Positions 28,547 to 38,620 of a DNA stretch of 64,000 nt are shown here, one piece after another. Under the pieces are notes generated by a model that did no database searches, was not told the origin of the DNA, and worked only from the letters and a program-made list of their open reading frames with translations. Position 1 is the stretch's first letter. Each line of letters opens with the position of its first letter. Both the position numbers and the translations under genes were made by a program. Where the stretch lies: NCBI GenBank assembly GCA_002841295.1, contig PHEU01000007.1:6417-70416 (forward strand), written 5' to 3'. Source of the DNA: Actinobacteria bacterium HGW-Actinobacteria-6. GTDB lineage: Bacteria > Actinomycetota > Coriobacteriia > Anaerosomatales > Anaerosomataceae.

Positions 28547-30247
28547 TTGTCTAATCGAATTCGTAAGAGCATGGCTGTCGCTCTGGTCTTGGTTATGGTC
28601 TTCGCAGTCGGCGGTTTGAGCGCCTGCAAGTCCGAGACTGAGACGAGCAGTGGCTCCACAGGTGGCACGCTTGCTTACTATGTCGGTGAGCCTGCCTACA
28701 TCGACCCGTACAACACTCAGGAGTCTGAGGGTACGCAGGTTGAGCAGTCCGTTTTTGATAGCCTCACATCGTTTGACCCGCTCGACCCGGCCACGCTGGT
28801 TCCTGCAGCTGCCGAGTCCTGGGAGGCCAATGCAGATGCAACGGTGTGGACCTTCCGTCTGAACAAGGACGGCAAGTTCTCTGACGGCACTCCCGTCACG
28901 GCTAGCGACTTCGTCTACGCGTGGAACCGCATCGCAAGTACTCAGACGATGAACACTTCCACCAATCAGGTTGAAGCGTCTTCGATCGCTTACCACCTGG
29001 CAGTTATCGCCGGTACCGATGAGTTCGGAAACGCCGATGCTGGCATCTCGGGCCTGAAGGCCGTCGACGACTACACGCTTGAGGTCACACTCAAGAATTC
29101 GTTCGGTGACTTCGGCTACCTCGTGGGTCACCCGGCGCTTGCACCTGTGCCGAAGGCGCTCGTCGAGGGTGGCGTCAAGTACACGGACGCGGACGGCAAA
29201 GAGCAGACCGCAGCCTATGGCGATATGCCTGTTGGCAACGGCCCGTTCAAGCTCTCCGAGCCGTGGAAGCGCAACCAGTACATCAAGGTCGTCCAGAATG
29301 AGAACTACTACGGCGAGAAGCCGCTCATTGACGGCATTGATTTCCTGAGCTTCAAGGACCCGAACACCGCATTCACCGAGTTTGAAGCCGGTACCCTCGA
29401 CTTCACGCAGATCGGTGAGGGCAGGATCAAGGATGCCGAGGCGAAGTACGGTGTGTCGACCAACGGCTACACCGCCAACCCTGGCGAGCAGGTTCTTCTC
29501 GGCGCAGAGAACTCGATCTATTACCTGGTTGTGAACAACACCATCAAGCCGATGGATCAGGCTGCGATGCGCAGTGCAGTGTCGCTTGCGATCAACCGCC
29601 AGGCTATCTGTGACAACGTCTTTGAGGGCACACGTGAGCCCGCGGACAACGTCGTTCCTCCTGGTATCGCTGGCTATGCTGCTGGCGTGTGGGCTGATGC
29701 GAAGTACGACGTCGAGGGCGCCAAGGCTGCTCTCACAGAGGCTGGATTCCCGGGTGGCGAGGGTGCGCCTGAGATCGCTCTGTCGTACAACGCCGACGGT
29801 GGTCACCAGAAGATCATGGAGTACGTCAAGGCGGACCTTGAGGCCATTGGTCTCACGGTCAAGCTCAACCCGACGCCTGACTTTGCCACGTACCTCAAGG
29901 AGCTGGATGCAGACAAGATCATGATCGGACGTCTGGGCTGGTCTGCCGACTACCCGATCATGGACAACTTCATGTTCCCGCTCTTCAAGAGTGGCTCGAC
30001 CGACAACTACTCACGTTACGCCGATTCTGCTGTCGACGCCGCGATGCAGGCCGCCCGGGCAAACCCGGACGACGCCGCTCGTCTTGCCGCATGGCAGGAA
30101 GTCAACAAGACCGTCGGTGCAGGTCTGCCGGTTATCCCGGTCATGTTCTACAAGCACCACCATGTTGCCTCTGAGCGTGTTCACGACCTCACCTACAGCG
30201 CAATGAACCTCGCTGACTTCACCAAGGTGTGGCTCGATCCCAAGTAG
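28547..30247 (+). CDS. ABC transporter substrate-binding lipoprotein, peptide/nickel family (family 5, OppA/DppA-like)
   Basis: TTG start after GGAGGGAGG. Lipobox LSAC. The length (566 aa) and the 'WTFRLNKDGKFSDGTPVTA.DF' block are typical of SBP family 5. Confidence 0.88.
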   Translation: MSNRIRKSMAVALVLVMVFAVGGLSACKSETETSSGSTGGTLAYYVGEPAYIDPYNTQESEGTQVEQSVFDSLTSFDPLDPATLVPAAAESWEANADATVWTFRLNKDGKFSDGTPVTASDFVYAWNRIASTQTMNTSTNQVEASSIAYHLAVIAGTDEFGNADAGISGLKAVDDYTLEVTLKNSFGDFGYLVGHPALAPVPKALVEGGVKYTDADGKEQTAAYGDMPVGNGPFKLSEPWKRNQYIKVVQNENYYGEKPLIDGIDFLSFKDPNTAFTEFEAGTLDFTQIGEGRIKDAEAKYGVSTNGYTANPGEQVLLGAENSIYYLVVNNTIKPMDQAAMRSAVSLAINRQAICDNVFEGTREPADNVVPPGIAGYAAGVWADAKYDVEGAKAALTEAGFPGGEGAPEIALSYNADGGHQKIMEYVKADLEAIGLTVKLNPTPDFATYLKELDADKIMIGRLGWSADYPIMDNFMFPLFKSGSTDNYSRYADSAVDAAMQAARANPDDAARLAAWQEVNKTVGAGLPVIPVMFYKHHHVASERVHDLTYSAMNLADFTKVWLDPK

Positions 30248-30342
30248 TTAAGCGCTCAGTGAGCGTAGAGACGGAGGCAGGACGCCCTTAAATCGGGCGT
30301 CCTGCCACTGTCACTGAACGGTCCCCATGGCGAAGGATCCTG

Positions 30343-31296
30343 ATGTTCCGCTACATTCTCAAGCGTTTCGCGCAGTTCATTCCCGTGTTCATCGGAGTGA
30401 CGCTCCTGTTGTTCTTCATCACGACTATCTTGCCGGGCGACCCGGTTGCGCTGCGGGCGGGTGAGAAGAAGCTGTCTCCCGCAGTCTATGCAGAAATGCG
30501 TCATGCCTTCGGGCTCGACAAGCCTTGGTACGTTCAGTACGTGAACTACCTTGGCGACCTCACACAAGGGGATCTTGGCACGTCCATCGCGAGCGGACGC
30601 AAGGTTGAGGTGATATTCAAGGAAACCTACCCCTACACTTTGAAGCTCGCGCTCGCAGCGATTACTTTGGAAATCCTCGTCGGTATCGGTGCCGGGTTGA
30701 TATCGGCGATCAAGCAGTACACGTTCTGGGACACACTAGTGACGCTCTCGACATCGATTCTTGTGGCGTTACCGGTCTTCTGGCTCGGCATCATGCTGCA
30801 ATATGTCTTCGGAATTCAGTTACATATCTTGCCGATCTCGGGCGCGAGCAGTGCCCGCTTCAGCGACTTCGCGCACCTGGTACTGCCGGCTATAACGCTT
30901 GCCTCGGTCTCAACGGCGTACGCCGCCCGGATCATGCGAAGCCAGCTCCTTGAAGTGCAGAGTCAGGATTATGTTCGAACGGCGTACGCGAAGGGCCTGT
31001 CGCCGACGCGCGTGCTCTGGGGTCATGAGATGAAGAATGCGCTCATCCCGGTTGTAACGTTTGTTGGCCTCGACCTCGGTGCGATGCTCTCGGGTGCGAT
31101 TCTGACGGAAACCATATTCAACTGGCCCGGAGTCGGTTTTACGATCTACAAGGCCATCGGACAGCGTGACTTCCCGGTTGTGTTCGGCGGAGTCACGATC
31201 GTCTTGTTTGCTGTGCTGTTCGTGAACCTCCTGGTCGACGTCTCATACGCGTTCCTTGATCCACGCATTCGCTTCGGCGATGCGAGTGAGGGGTGA
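30343..31296 (+). CDS. ABC transporter permease (OppB/DppB-like)
   Basis: MFRYILKRF N-terminus and an EAA loop (DYVRTAYAKGLSP..V...H..KNAL). Confidence 0.9.
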   Translation: MFRYILKRFAQFIPVFIGVTLLLFFITTILPGDPVALRAGEKKLSPAVYAEMRHAFGLDKPWYVQYVNYLGDLTQGDLGTSIASGRKVEVIFKETYPYTLKLALAAITLEILVGIGAGLISAIKQYTFWDTLVTLSTSILVALPVFWLGIMLQYVFGIQLHILPISGASSARFSDFAHLVLPAITLASVSTAYAARIMRSQLLEVQSQDYVRTAYAKGLSPTRVLWGHEMKNALIPVVTFVGLDLGAMLSGAILTETIFNWPGVGFTIYKAIGQRDFPVVFGGVTIVLFAVLFVNLLVDVSYAFLDPRIRFGDASEG

Positions 31297-32291
31297 TCGC
31301 GATGAATCGAGACGAACGTTCAATCGACCGTGTTGAGGATCATCCAGTGAAAGACTACAGATCCGGGATGCCATCCACGCCGCCATTCCAGCCCGATGAG
31401 CAGCACGCCGGGCACGAGAACAGGACCCTTTGGGGCGACGCATGGAACCGTCTGCGGAAGAACCGCCTGGCGGTCATCGCGTTGATGTGGCTTGTCATCG
31501 TCACGGCTGCGGCGATCAGTGCCGATTTCTGGGTGCCGCAGGTTTTCGGTAGCCCAACGGTCTTCTCGACTTCGGGAGCCGCCGAGTTGAGGCTGAAGCC
31601 GCCGACCCTCGCGCATCCGATGGGAACCGACGACGTTGGGCGTGACCTGTTTGCTCGTGTTATCTACGGGTCGCGGATATCGCTCACCGTAGGCGTTCTG
31701 GCTGTCGTGGTATCGCTTGTGATCGGTCTTATCCTCGGGTCGCTCTCGGCGTTCTACGGGGGCATACTCGATGCGTTCATCATGCGAATAGCGGACATCT
31801 TCTTGGCGTTTCCGTACATATTGTTCGCGATTCTGCTGCTGTCGGTTCTGCCTGACAATCTCCGAGGAATCACACCGGTGTTCTTGACCATCGGAATCCT
31901 CGGCTGGCCATCGATTGCCCGCGTCTTCCGCTCGTCTGTGCTCTCCGTGAAGGAGAACGACTACGTTGAGGCGGGACGCGCGCTCGGCGCCAGTGATATT
32001 CGTCTCATGCTCCGCCATATTCTGCCGAACGCCGTTGCCCCCATCATCGTCTACGGGACGATGTCCGTTGGTGGCGCAATCCTCACGGAAGCCGCATTGT
32101 CCTTCCTCGGCCTCGGCCTGCCGCCTGGCTCTCCGTCGTGGGGCGGCATGATCCAGGACGGCCGAATCTATCTGACATCGAGCCCGGGAGTCGTTCTGTG
32201 GCCCGGTCTTGCAATCCTCAGCACGGTGCTTGCTTTCACTCTGCTCGGCGATGGAATTCGTGACGCCCTCGATGTGAAGATGAAGGATTAG
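31293..32291 (+). CDS. ABC transporter permease (OppC/DppC-like)
   Basis: [18 protein letters not shown] and an EAA loop ([14 protein letters not shown]...HILPN). Overlaps the upstream gene by 4 nt. Confidence 0.9.
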   Translation: MIAMNRDERSIDRVEDHPVKDYRSGMPSTPPFQPDEQHAGHENRTLWGDAWNRLRKNRLAVIALMWLVIVTAAAISADFWVPQVFGSPTVFSTSGAAELRLKPPTLAHPMGTDDVGRDLFARVIYGSRISLTVGVLAVVVSLVIGLILGSLSAFYGGILDAFIMRIADIFLAFPYILFAILLLSVLPDNLRGITPVFLTIGILGWPSIARVFRSSVLSVKENDYVEAGRALGASDIRLMLRHILPNAVAPIIVYGTMSVGGAILTEAALSFLGLGLPPGSPSWGGMIQDGRIYLTSSPGVVLWPGLAILSTVLAFTLLGDGIRDALDVKMKD

Positions 32292-32293
32292 TA

Positions 32294-33313
32294 ATGGCTG
32301 GCGAACTTCTCAAAGTCGACGATCTTAAGATGCACTTCCATACCCGCGACGGCGTGGTCAAGGCCGTTGACGGTGTGTCATACACCCTGAATCCCGGGGA
32401 GACCCTTGGCGTGGTCGGTGAGTCGGGTTCCGGCAAGTCGGTGACCGCGCTTACCATGATGCGACTTATCCCGATGCCACCCGGCAAGATCGAGGGCGGC
32501 GAGGTGTTATTCAAGGGCGAGTCAATGCTCACCATGAAGGAGGAGCAGGTACGCGACATCCGCGGCAATCGCATTGCGATGATCTTCCAGGACCCGATGA
32601 CTTCGCTTAATCCTGTCTATCGCATCGGGCACCAAATTGCCGAGCCTCTCATAACGCACAAGGGCATGAGCAAGAAAGAAGCGCACGCTCGCGCTGTCGA
32701 GCTGCTCGAGATGGTCGGGATTCCGAACGCGGCAAGCCGCGCGCGTGATTACCCGCATCAGTTCTCGGGTGGTATGCGTCAGCGCGCGATGATCGCCATG
32801 GCGCTCTCCTGCGATCCCGACGTTCTGATCGCCGATGAGCCCACCACGGCACTTGACGTGACCATCCAGGCGCAGATTCTTGAGCTTATGCAGGCCCTGC
32901 AGAAGCGCACGGGAACCGCCATCATCATGATTACGCACGATCTTGGAGTGGTTGCAGATATCGCGAACAATATCTTGGTGATGTATGCGGGGCGCGCGGT
33001 TGAGTACGGCTCCACGGACCAGGTGTTCTACGAGCCGAGTCATCCGTACACATGGGGGCTCATGGACAGTCTGCCCACGCACGATCTGACCGAGAAGAGC
33101 ACGCTGTGTCCCATCGAAGGCCAGCCGCCGAGTCTGCTCAATGTACCGAGCGGTTGCCCCTTCAACCCGCGGTGCCCTTACGTCAAGGAAGAGTGTCGTA
33201 CGACCGTACCTGAGCTTCGCGACCTCGGGGATGGACACCTGTCGGCATGCTTGTTCGCCGCTGATCCCGATTTCAAGAGATCTGCCGCAGACTGCGCGGG
33301 GGTGACAAGATGA
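32294..33313 (+). CDS. ABC transporter ATP-binding protein (OppD/DppD-like)
   Basis: Walker A GESGSGKS, signature FSGGMRQR, Walker [12 protein letters not shown], and a C-terminal oligopeptide ABC Cys motif (CPF..RCP). Confidence 0.93.
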   Translation: MAGELLKVDDLKMHFHTRDGVVKAVDGVSYTLNPGETLGVVGESGSGKSVTALTMMRLIPMPPGKIEGGEVLFKGESMLTMKEEQVRDIRGNRIAMIFQDPMTSLNPVYRIGHQIAEPLITHKGMSKKEAHARAVELLEMVGIPNAASRARDYPHQFSGGMRQRAMIAMALSCDPDVLIADEPTTALDVTIQAQILELMQALQKRTGTAIIMITHDLGVVADIANNILVMYAGRAVEYGSTDQVFYEPSHPYTWGLMDSLPTHDLTEKSTLCPIEGQPPSLLNVPSGCPFNPRCPYVKEECRTTVPELRDLGDGHLSACLFAADPDFKRSAADCAGVTR

Positions 33314-34341
33314 GCGACTTGCTGCGAGTTGAGAGTCTTACGAAGCACTTCGCCGTTCAGCAAACCGCGCTGGGATCAAGACTCGGCGGTCATGTCATGG
33401 CCGTGGACGATGTTTCGTTCACTGTAAAAGAGGGCGAAACCCTGGGTCTCGTTGGCGAGTCCGGATGCGGTAAGTCGACGACCGGTCGCTGCATTATTCG
33501 GCTCACCGAGCCCACGTCGGGTTCGATCTTCTATGAGGACCGCAACATCCGAGAGCTTCGCGGCAAGGATCTCAAGGCGTTTCGCAGACAGGCTCAGTTC
33601 ATCTTCCAGGATCCGTATGCTTCGCTCAATCCGCGTATGACGATCGGAGAGATCGTCTCCGAACCACTCGTTATCCACCAAGAGGGAACGCGTTTTGAGC
33701 AGCAGGCGCGTGCGAAAGAGCTGTTGGATGTGGTCGGACTCAACCCGGAGCATATCAACCGCTACCCGCACGAGTTCTCCGGCGGTCAGAGGCAGCGTAT
33801 CGGCATTGCGCGTGCCCTTGCTCTCAATCCGAAGCTGCTCATTTGCGACGAGCCCGTCTCGGCGCTCGACGTATCAATCCAGGCTCAGGTACTCAACCTG
33901 CTCGGTGAGCTACAGCACGATTTTGGTCTGACGTACGTCTTCATCGCACATGATCTGTCCGTGGTGCAGCATATCTCTGACCGCATCGCCGTCATGTACC
34001 TCGGCAAGCTGGTTGAAATCTCGGACTGGAAGGCTCTGTACGCGAAGCCGCACCACCCGTACACGCAGTCGCTGCTGTCAGCGGTGCCGCTGCCTGATCC
34101 TAAGCAGCAGCGCGCGCGCGAGCGGATCATCCTCGAGGGTGATCCGCCAAGCCCGATCGATCCGCCATCGGGCTGCCGCTTCCACACGCGGTGCCCGATC
34201 GCCAAGGACATCTGCAGTGCCGAGGAGCCAAAGTTGCGTGAAGTCGCACCCGGGCATTCTGCGGCGTGTCATTTTGCGGCACTCAATCCTGTCCCCATTG
34301 GCATAGCACGTCCTGCTGAGTTTACTCCGATTGTGGGCTAG
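33310..34341 (+). CDS. ABC transporter ATP-binding protein (OppF/DppF-like)
   Basis: [36 protein letters not shown]. Confidence 0.93.
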   Translation: MSDLLRVESLTKHFAVQQTALGSRLGGHVMAVDDVSFTVKEGETLGLVGESGCGKSTTGRCIIRLTEPTSGSIFYEDRNIRELRGKDLKAFRRQAQFIFQDPYASLNPRMTIGEIVSEPLVIHQEGTRFEQQARAKELLDVVGLNPEHINRYPHEFSGGQRQRIGIARALALNPKLLICDEPVSALDVSIQAQVLNLLGELQHDFGLTYVFIAHDLSVVQHISDRIAVMYLGKLVEISDWKALYAKPHHPYTQSLLSAVPLPDPKQQRARERIILEGDPPSPIDPPSGCRFHTRCPIAKDICSAEEPKLREVAPGHSAACHFAALNPVPIGIARPAEFTPIVG

Positions 34342-34399
34342 GCACGGGCGGGAAGCCTTGCTATACTTCCGTTCGCTGCCCTTCCGGGTTGCGGTACGT

Positions 34400-34485
34400 G
34401 TCGGAGTGGCGGAACGGCAGACGCGCTAGGTTGAGGGCCTAGTGAGGGCAACCTCGTGAGGGTTCAAATCCCTTCTCCGACACCA
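34400..34485 (+). tRNA. tRNA-Leu (anticodon GAG), CCA encoded
   Basis: Hand-folded. Acceptor GTCGGAG/CTCCGAC, anticodon stem CTAGG/CCTAG with loop TTGAGGG, long variable arm, T-loop GGTTCAAATCC. Confidence 0.9.
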
Positions 34486-34496
34486 AGAATGTGCAA

Positions 34497-34536
34497 GCGG
34501 CTCTCTCCTGAGAAGGGGAGGGCCGCTTTTCTGTTT
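34497..34536. terminator. Rho-independent terminator (12-bp stem, loop TGAGAA, then TTTTCTGTTT)
   Basis: GCGGCTCTCTCC / GGGGAGGGCCGC with two G-U pairs. It sits between tRNA-Leu and the 3' end of the convergent minus-strand gene. Confidence 0.7.
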
Positions 34537-34546
34537 CCGGAGCGTT

Positions 34547-36580
34547 CTAGTGTGCTGGGAGCACCGAGGCGGCGAGTATCGCAATGTCGTCGGTGTGCTG
34601 CTCTCCTGAGAAGGCAGTGACCTCGCGCATGAGCGAGTCGACGATCAGCTGGGGAGCTGCATCGCGCATTGTGTCGAGAATCTGGTGGATCCGTTCCTCG
34701 CCGAAGAACTCTCTGCCGCGTCTGGCATCGGGGAGTCCGTCGCTGAACATCACGAACGCGTCGCCAACGTTCATCTTGATTTGGAACTCTTCGAAGGTCG
34801 CGTCCGGCCAGATGCCGAGCGGGCGGTTCCTGAGTGCGTCGTGGCTGATGCAACCTGTGGACGTGCATACGAACGGGTCCGGATGTCCTGCGCTGCACAG
34901 GTCGACGATGCCCGTAGCTGTGTCTACGATGGCGTATGTGGCTGTAGCAAACACGCTCTCGGGAAGTAGGCGCACGAGTGCTTCGTTGGCCGAGGCGAGA
35001 ACGTCCGACGGCCGTGCGCCCGGGACGCTGAAAGCATGGAGCGTTGTCCGGACTGTTGAGCTCGCTGCGGCAGCAGCGATGCCTTTGCCTGCCACATCGC
35101 CAAGAACGAGAGCGATTCGATCGTCATCGAGTACGAACGCGTCATAGAAGTCGCCACCGCTAAGCGCGAGCTCGTCCGCTGACCGGTAGGCATGCCCGAG
35201 CGCGAGACCCGGTAGCGCATCCGGGAATGTCAGCATCGCCCCTTGTAGCGTGTCGGCAATCTCGCGCTGCGCCGTGTACATGCGGGCGTTCTCAAACGCG
35301 AGGGCCAGCGAGATCGCGAGACGCGCAGCGAACTCCCTGTCGGAGTCCCGGAACTCCCGCTCGGGGCTCCTGAGGTGAAACGTGAGGATGCCGAATACCT
35401 GACCTCCACTTGAGAGCGGGACGGTCAGAAGGCTATGGATACCGAGGCGTTCCGCAAATGCTGTGTTCACCCGGGCATCGTGCATCGTGTCCCGCACCAT
35501 GACCGGAGCGTGCTGGGCGGCCGCTTCGAAGAGGTGGCGGCCTTCCTTCTCATCGAGCAAGGTGCCTACAGGAAGCCCAGTCAGTCTGTAGACGTGTGAC
35601 ACCCGCCATCTCGCGCCTTCGCGCACGCTGATCGCGGCTGTGTCAGCGTGAACTGCTTCGGCGGCACCCAGGAGCGCCCGGCTCAGTATCTGGTCCAGGT
35701 CAAGAGTCGAGCCGACCGCCGCGTCGATCACACTCAGGGTCTGCGCGAGTTCGGCTTCCCGGCGAATGCGTGCTTCTCGCTCGCGCAGTGTTCGGTTCGT
35801 CTCATCAAGCTCTCTGAACAAAACCGCGTTCGGTTCGTTCAGTGCGGTCTCTATGATGGCCTTGTACAGGAGGTAGACCGCAAGGATGCGCAGGTAGTGT
35901 CCGAACAGGTTGAACGGACCGTACGGGTCCGTATAGAGCGTGAAACAGAGTTCCGAGAGCACCGTAATGCCGATGGACCGAGACAGCAGCTTAAGTAACT
36001 GCGGCTGGAACCGCTCGGCGTTGCCTCGCAGTAGAATCAGGGCGATCAAGAACAAGGCGGAGATCACGTATTCAGCGATGACCTTGAACGTGGTCAGACC
36101 TTCACTGCCAAGGCAACTCGGAAACACCTGCCACCATAGGATCGCGGCAAGAGTCAAGACGACGGCCATGGTCCAGATGCTGAGAAGCAGCCCCATGTTG
36201 AGTTTCTTGCGAAGGAATGCCGGGGCGACCACCAGCGCAATCGCCTGCAGGCCGCGCGCTGCTACCCAGAGTTGTGTCGGGACGTCTGTGGAGACGCCGG
36301 GAAACACGCCCATGCCTTTGTATGTCAGCAGATGCACCATGTCGAGGAAACCGACTGCCAGCGAGGCAACGCCGAGGATGAGCAGGTATTGATTCTCAAC
36401 GAACCGGCGGCTATTCCAGAGGATCATGAAGATCCCGGCGGAGACGATGATCGCGAAGAGTTCTGCGAGGCTATGGAAGAGCAGGTAGCTCTCCAGGCGC
36501 GCGGCATACAACAGCGCCAGCACAGCACCCGCGATCAGTGAGCCTGTCAGTCCGTCGCGCAAGTTGCGTCTGGTATCCAT
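34547..36580 (-). CDS. Membrane sensor phosphatase: MASE3-like 7-8 TM domain, GAF, PP2C (SpoIIE-type)
   Basis: The N-terminal helices carry the LFHSLAELFAIIVSAGIFMILW pattern (MASE3-like). There is a central GAF domain. The C-terminus has SGGDFYDAF...LGDVAGKGIAAA...FSDGLPDA (PPM/SpoIIE metal-binding motifs). Confidence 0.8.
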   Translation of the reverse strand: MDTRRNLRDGLTGSLIAGAVLALLYAARLESYLLFHSLAELFAIIVSAGIFMILWNSRRFVENQYLLILGVASLAVGFLDMVHLLTYKGMGVFPGVSTDVPTQLWVAARGLQAIALVVAPAFLRKKLNMGLLLSIWTMAVVLTLAAILWWQVFPSCLGSEGLTTFKVIAEYVISALFLIALILLRGNAERFQPQLLKLLSRSIGITVLSELCFTLYTDPYGPFNLFGHYLRILAVYLLYKAIIETALNEPNAVLFRELDETNRTLREREARIRREAELAQTLSVIDAAVGSTLDLDQILSRALLGAAEAVHADTAAISVREGARWRVSHVYRLTGLPVGTLLDEKEGRHLFEAAAQHAPVMVRDTMHDARVNTAFAERLGIHSLLTVPLSSGGQVFGILTFHLRSPEREFRDSDREFAARLAISLALAFENARMYTAQREIADTLQGAMLTFPDALPGLALGHAYRSADELALSGGDFYDAFVLDDDRIALVLGDVAGKGIAAAAASSTVRTTLHAFSVPGARPSDVLASANEALVRLLPESVFATATYAIVDTATGIVDLCSAGHPDPFVCTSTGCISHDALRNRPLGIWPDATFEEFQIKMNVGDAFVMFSDGLPDARRGREFFGEERIHQILDTMRDAAPQLIVDSLMREVTAFSGEQHTDDIAILAASVLPAH

Positions 36581-36664
36581 GGGAAGATTCTAGCAGGTGG
36601 CTCACGCCCTGCGACGCGGCGGCTATACTGGTGCATGCGTGCTTGATGACGGGGGAGGTTCGTC

Positions 36665-37345
36665 TTGGAGGTTGTTCGAATCACTATCGGCTGCGGCGGG
36701 CTGCCTACGTGCAGCCGTTGCTCGGTGCCGTCCGAGCAGGAGCACAGGCTGCTTGCTGATGTGACCGCTGACATCGAGTCGGCTGTGGTTACATCGGTCG
36801 GCAGATCAGGTGTGATTCTTCTAGCTGGCACCGAGGCGTTCAGTCACCCTTCGCTGCCGCAGATCATATCGGCGGCTACGAGTGCCGGGGCGCGGCGCAT
36901 CGCTGTGCAAACTGCAGGCGGGCTCCTCGGTAGTGGCGGCAACGCCCAGGGAGTGTTGCATGCAGGTGTACGGCATTTTGAGATCCACTATCTGCCCGGT
37001 GATGATGCCGAACTCGCCCCGGGTATTCCTGGCGCTCTTGACGGAGTCGCAGAGCTTATCCGTGTATCAGCCGCCGCCGGCGCCCGCATCGCGCTTTCAG
37101 CAGTCATTACTGCGTGTCGCCACACGATCCAGCATCTGAGTCCCGCAGTCGGCCAGCTTGCTGCCGCCGGGGTCGGGGCGGTGCACATCGAGGTTGACCC
37201 GAGCGCGGGCACCGGTCCGTCTGCGACCGCATCCGTGCTCGCAGCATGCGACACCGGCGTTGTTAACGCGGTTTGGGTAGACGTCTCAGGCTTCGCCCTT
37301 CCTGAGAGTCACTCGATGCACTTCGCACCCGAGGCGGCATCGTGA
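36665..37345 (+). CDS. Radical-SAM-like TIM-barrel protein with a non-canonical CX6CX2C motif
   Basis: TTG start after GGGGGAGG. ITIGCGGLPTCSRCSV near the N-terminus is followed by blocks laid out like a radical SAM core: VILLAGTEAFSHPSLPQII (GGE-like), RRIAVQTAGGLL, and LHAGVRHFEIHY. The stop overlaps the next gene's start (GTGA). Confidence 0.5.
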   Translation: MEVVRITIGCGGLPTCSRCSVPSEQEHRLLADVTADIESAVVTSVGRSGVILLAGTEAFSHPSLPQIISAATSAGARRIAVQTAGGLLGSGGNAQGVLHAGVRHFEIHYLPGDDAELAPGIPGALDGVAELIRVSAAAGARIALSAVITACRHTIQHLSPAVGQLAAAGVGAVHIEVDPSAGTGPSATASVLAACDTGVVNAVWVDVSGFALPESHSMHFAPEAAS

Positions 37346-38610
37346 CTCAGCCGTTGAAAGTCGCCCTCGTCGCGCTCAACTCGCCCGGTTATCAGTCGCT
37401 CGCTCTTGGCTACCTTCGCGCGTACGCGCAGGCTGACGATCGGCTCAAGGGGCGCGTCGGATTCCAGACTCTCGACCTGACAACCGACGTTGACCCGTGG
37501 TGGGTCGCGTATCGAGTTCTTGCTCTTGAGCCAGATGTGCTGGGTGTGGCGGTTACGTGTTGGAACGCCCGCGCGGTCTTTGATTTGTGTCGGGTTGTGA
37601 AGGCTGCGCTGCCGTCGGTTCGCATCGTGCTCGGCGGACCCGAGGTAGGCCCGGTTGCCGAGCGGGTCCTCGACCATCACGAAGAAGTGGACGCGGTCGT
37701 GCGCGGTGAAGGCGAAGTCACGTTCGCTGAGCTCTTGCGTGCGTTCGTCGGCAACCGTGACATCTGGCGGGTAGAGGGTGTGACAGCGCGCTCGGCAGAT
37801 GGTCGCATCATCTCTGCGCCTGATCGGGCGCTCATCGCCGACCTGGACTCGCTGCCTTCACCGTACCTTACCGGGGTTATGAAGCCGGTCGAAGGCGGAG
37901 CGTACATAGAGTCGTATCGCGGTTGTCCCCATCGGTGCTCGTACTGTTTCGAGGGTAAGGGGTACGGACGTATCCGTTCGTTCTCGGAAGCACGCATAGC
38001 CGCTGAGATAACGCTGCTCGCCGAGACGCACGGGGTCTCCTCGTTTTCGTTCATCGATCCGGTGTTCAATCTTACTGACGAGCGCCTCGCGTTTCTCTCG
38101 GCCACCCTTGCGCCATACGCCGAGCGAGGCGTACGGCTGCACACCGTCGAGGTCGACATCGAGCGCATCGATGAGGCGGCGGCTGAGCTCCTGGTCCGGG
38201 CGGGCGTCGCATCGGTCGAGACCGGCCCCCAGAGCGTCGGTGTGGCAGCGCTTGCCGAGTGTCACAGGCGATTCGATGCCGATCGGTTCTCGGCGGGTGT
38301 TCGCTCACTCAAGCGTGCCGGCATATCCGTGGAGTGCGACCTGATCGTCGGGCTGCCTCACGACACCGTCGATGATTTCTTCGCAGGCATGGAGTTCTGT
38401 TTTGCGCTCGATCCCGGGAAGGTACAGACGTCGACGCTTCACATGCTGCCCGGAACGGATCTGTGGGCGCGGGCCGAAGAGCTCGGCTTGGTGTACGATT
38501 CTGAACCGCCTCACGAGATCATCGCGACGGCGACTATCAGTTACGCCGATCTCCGGCGTGCGGAGGTCCGCGCAACGTGGCTTCAGCGCGTCTACGAAGC
38601 ACGAATCTGA
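37342..38610 (+). CDS. B12-binding-domain radical SAM protein (class B)
   Basis: N-terminal Rossmann-like B12 domain (KVALVALNSPGY...VLGVAVTCWN...IVLGGPEV). The radical SAM cluster motif is YRGCPHRCSYCFEG (CX3CX2C). Confidence 0.85.
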   Translation: MTQPLKVALVALNSPGYQSLALGYLRAYAQADDRLKGRVGFQTLDLTTDVDPWWVAYRVLALEPDVLGVAVTCWNARAVFDLCRVVKAALPSVRIVLGGPEVGPVAERVLDHHEEVDAVVRGEGEVTFAELLRAFVGNRDIWRVEGVTARSADGRIISAPDRALIADLDSLPSPYLTGVMKPVEGGAYIESYRGCPHRCSYCFEGKGYGRIRSFSEARIAAEITLLAETHGVSSFSFIDPVFNLTDERLAFLSATLAPYAERGVRLHTVEVDIERIDEAAAELLVRAGVASVETGPQSVGVAALAECHRRFDADRFSAGVRSLKRAGISVECDLIVGLPHDTVDDFFAGMEFCFALDPGKVQTSTLHMLPGTDLWARAEELGLVYDSEPPHEIIATATISYADLRRAEVRATWLQRVYEARI

Positions 38611-38620
38611 AGGAGGACGC

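Noticed and set aside
36629-36644. TGGTGC-ATGCG-TGCTT upstream of the radical-SAM-like ORF as a sigma-54 promoter
   Set aside because: The GG-to-GC spacing is one nucleotide short. A sigma-70-type TATACT hexamer (36624-36629) explains the region more simply.
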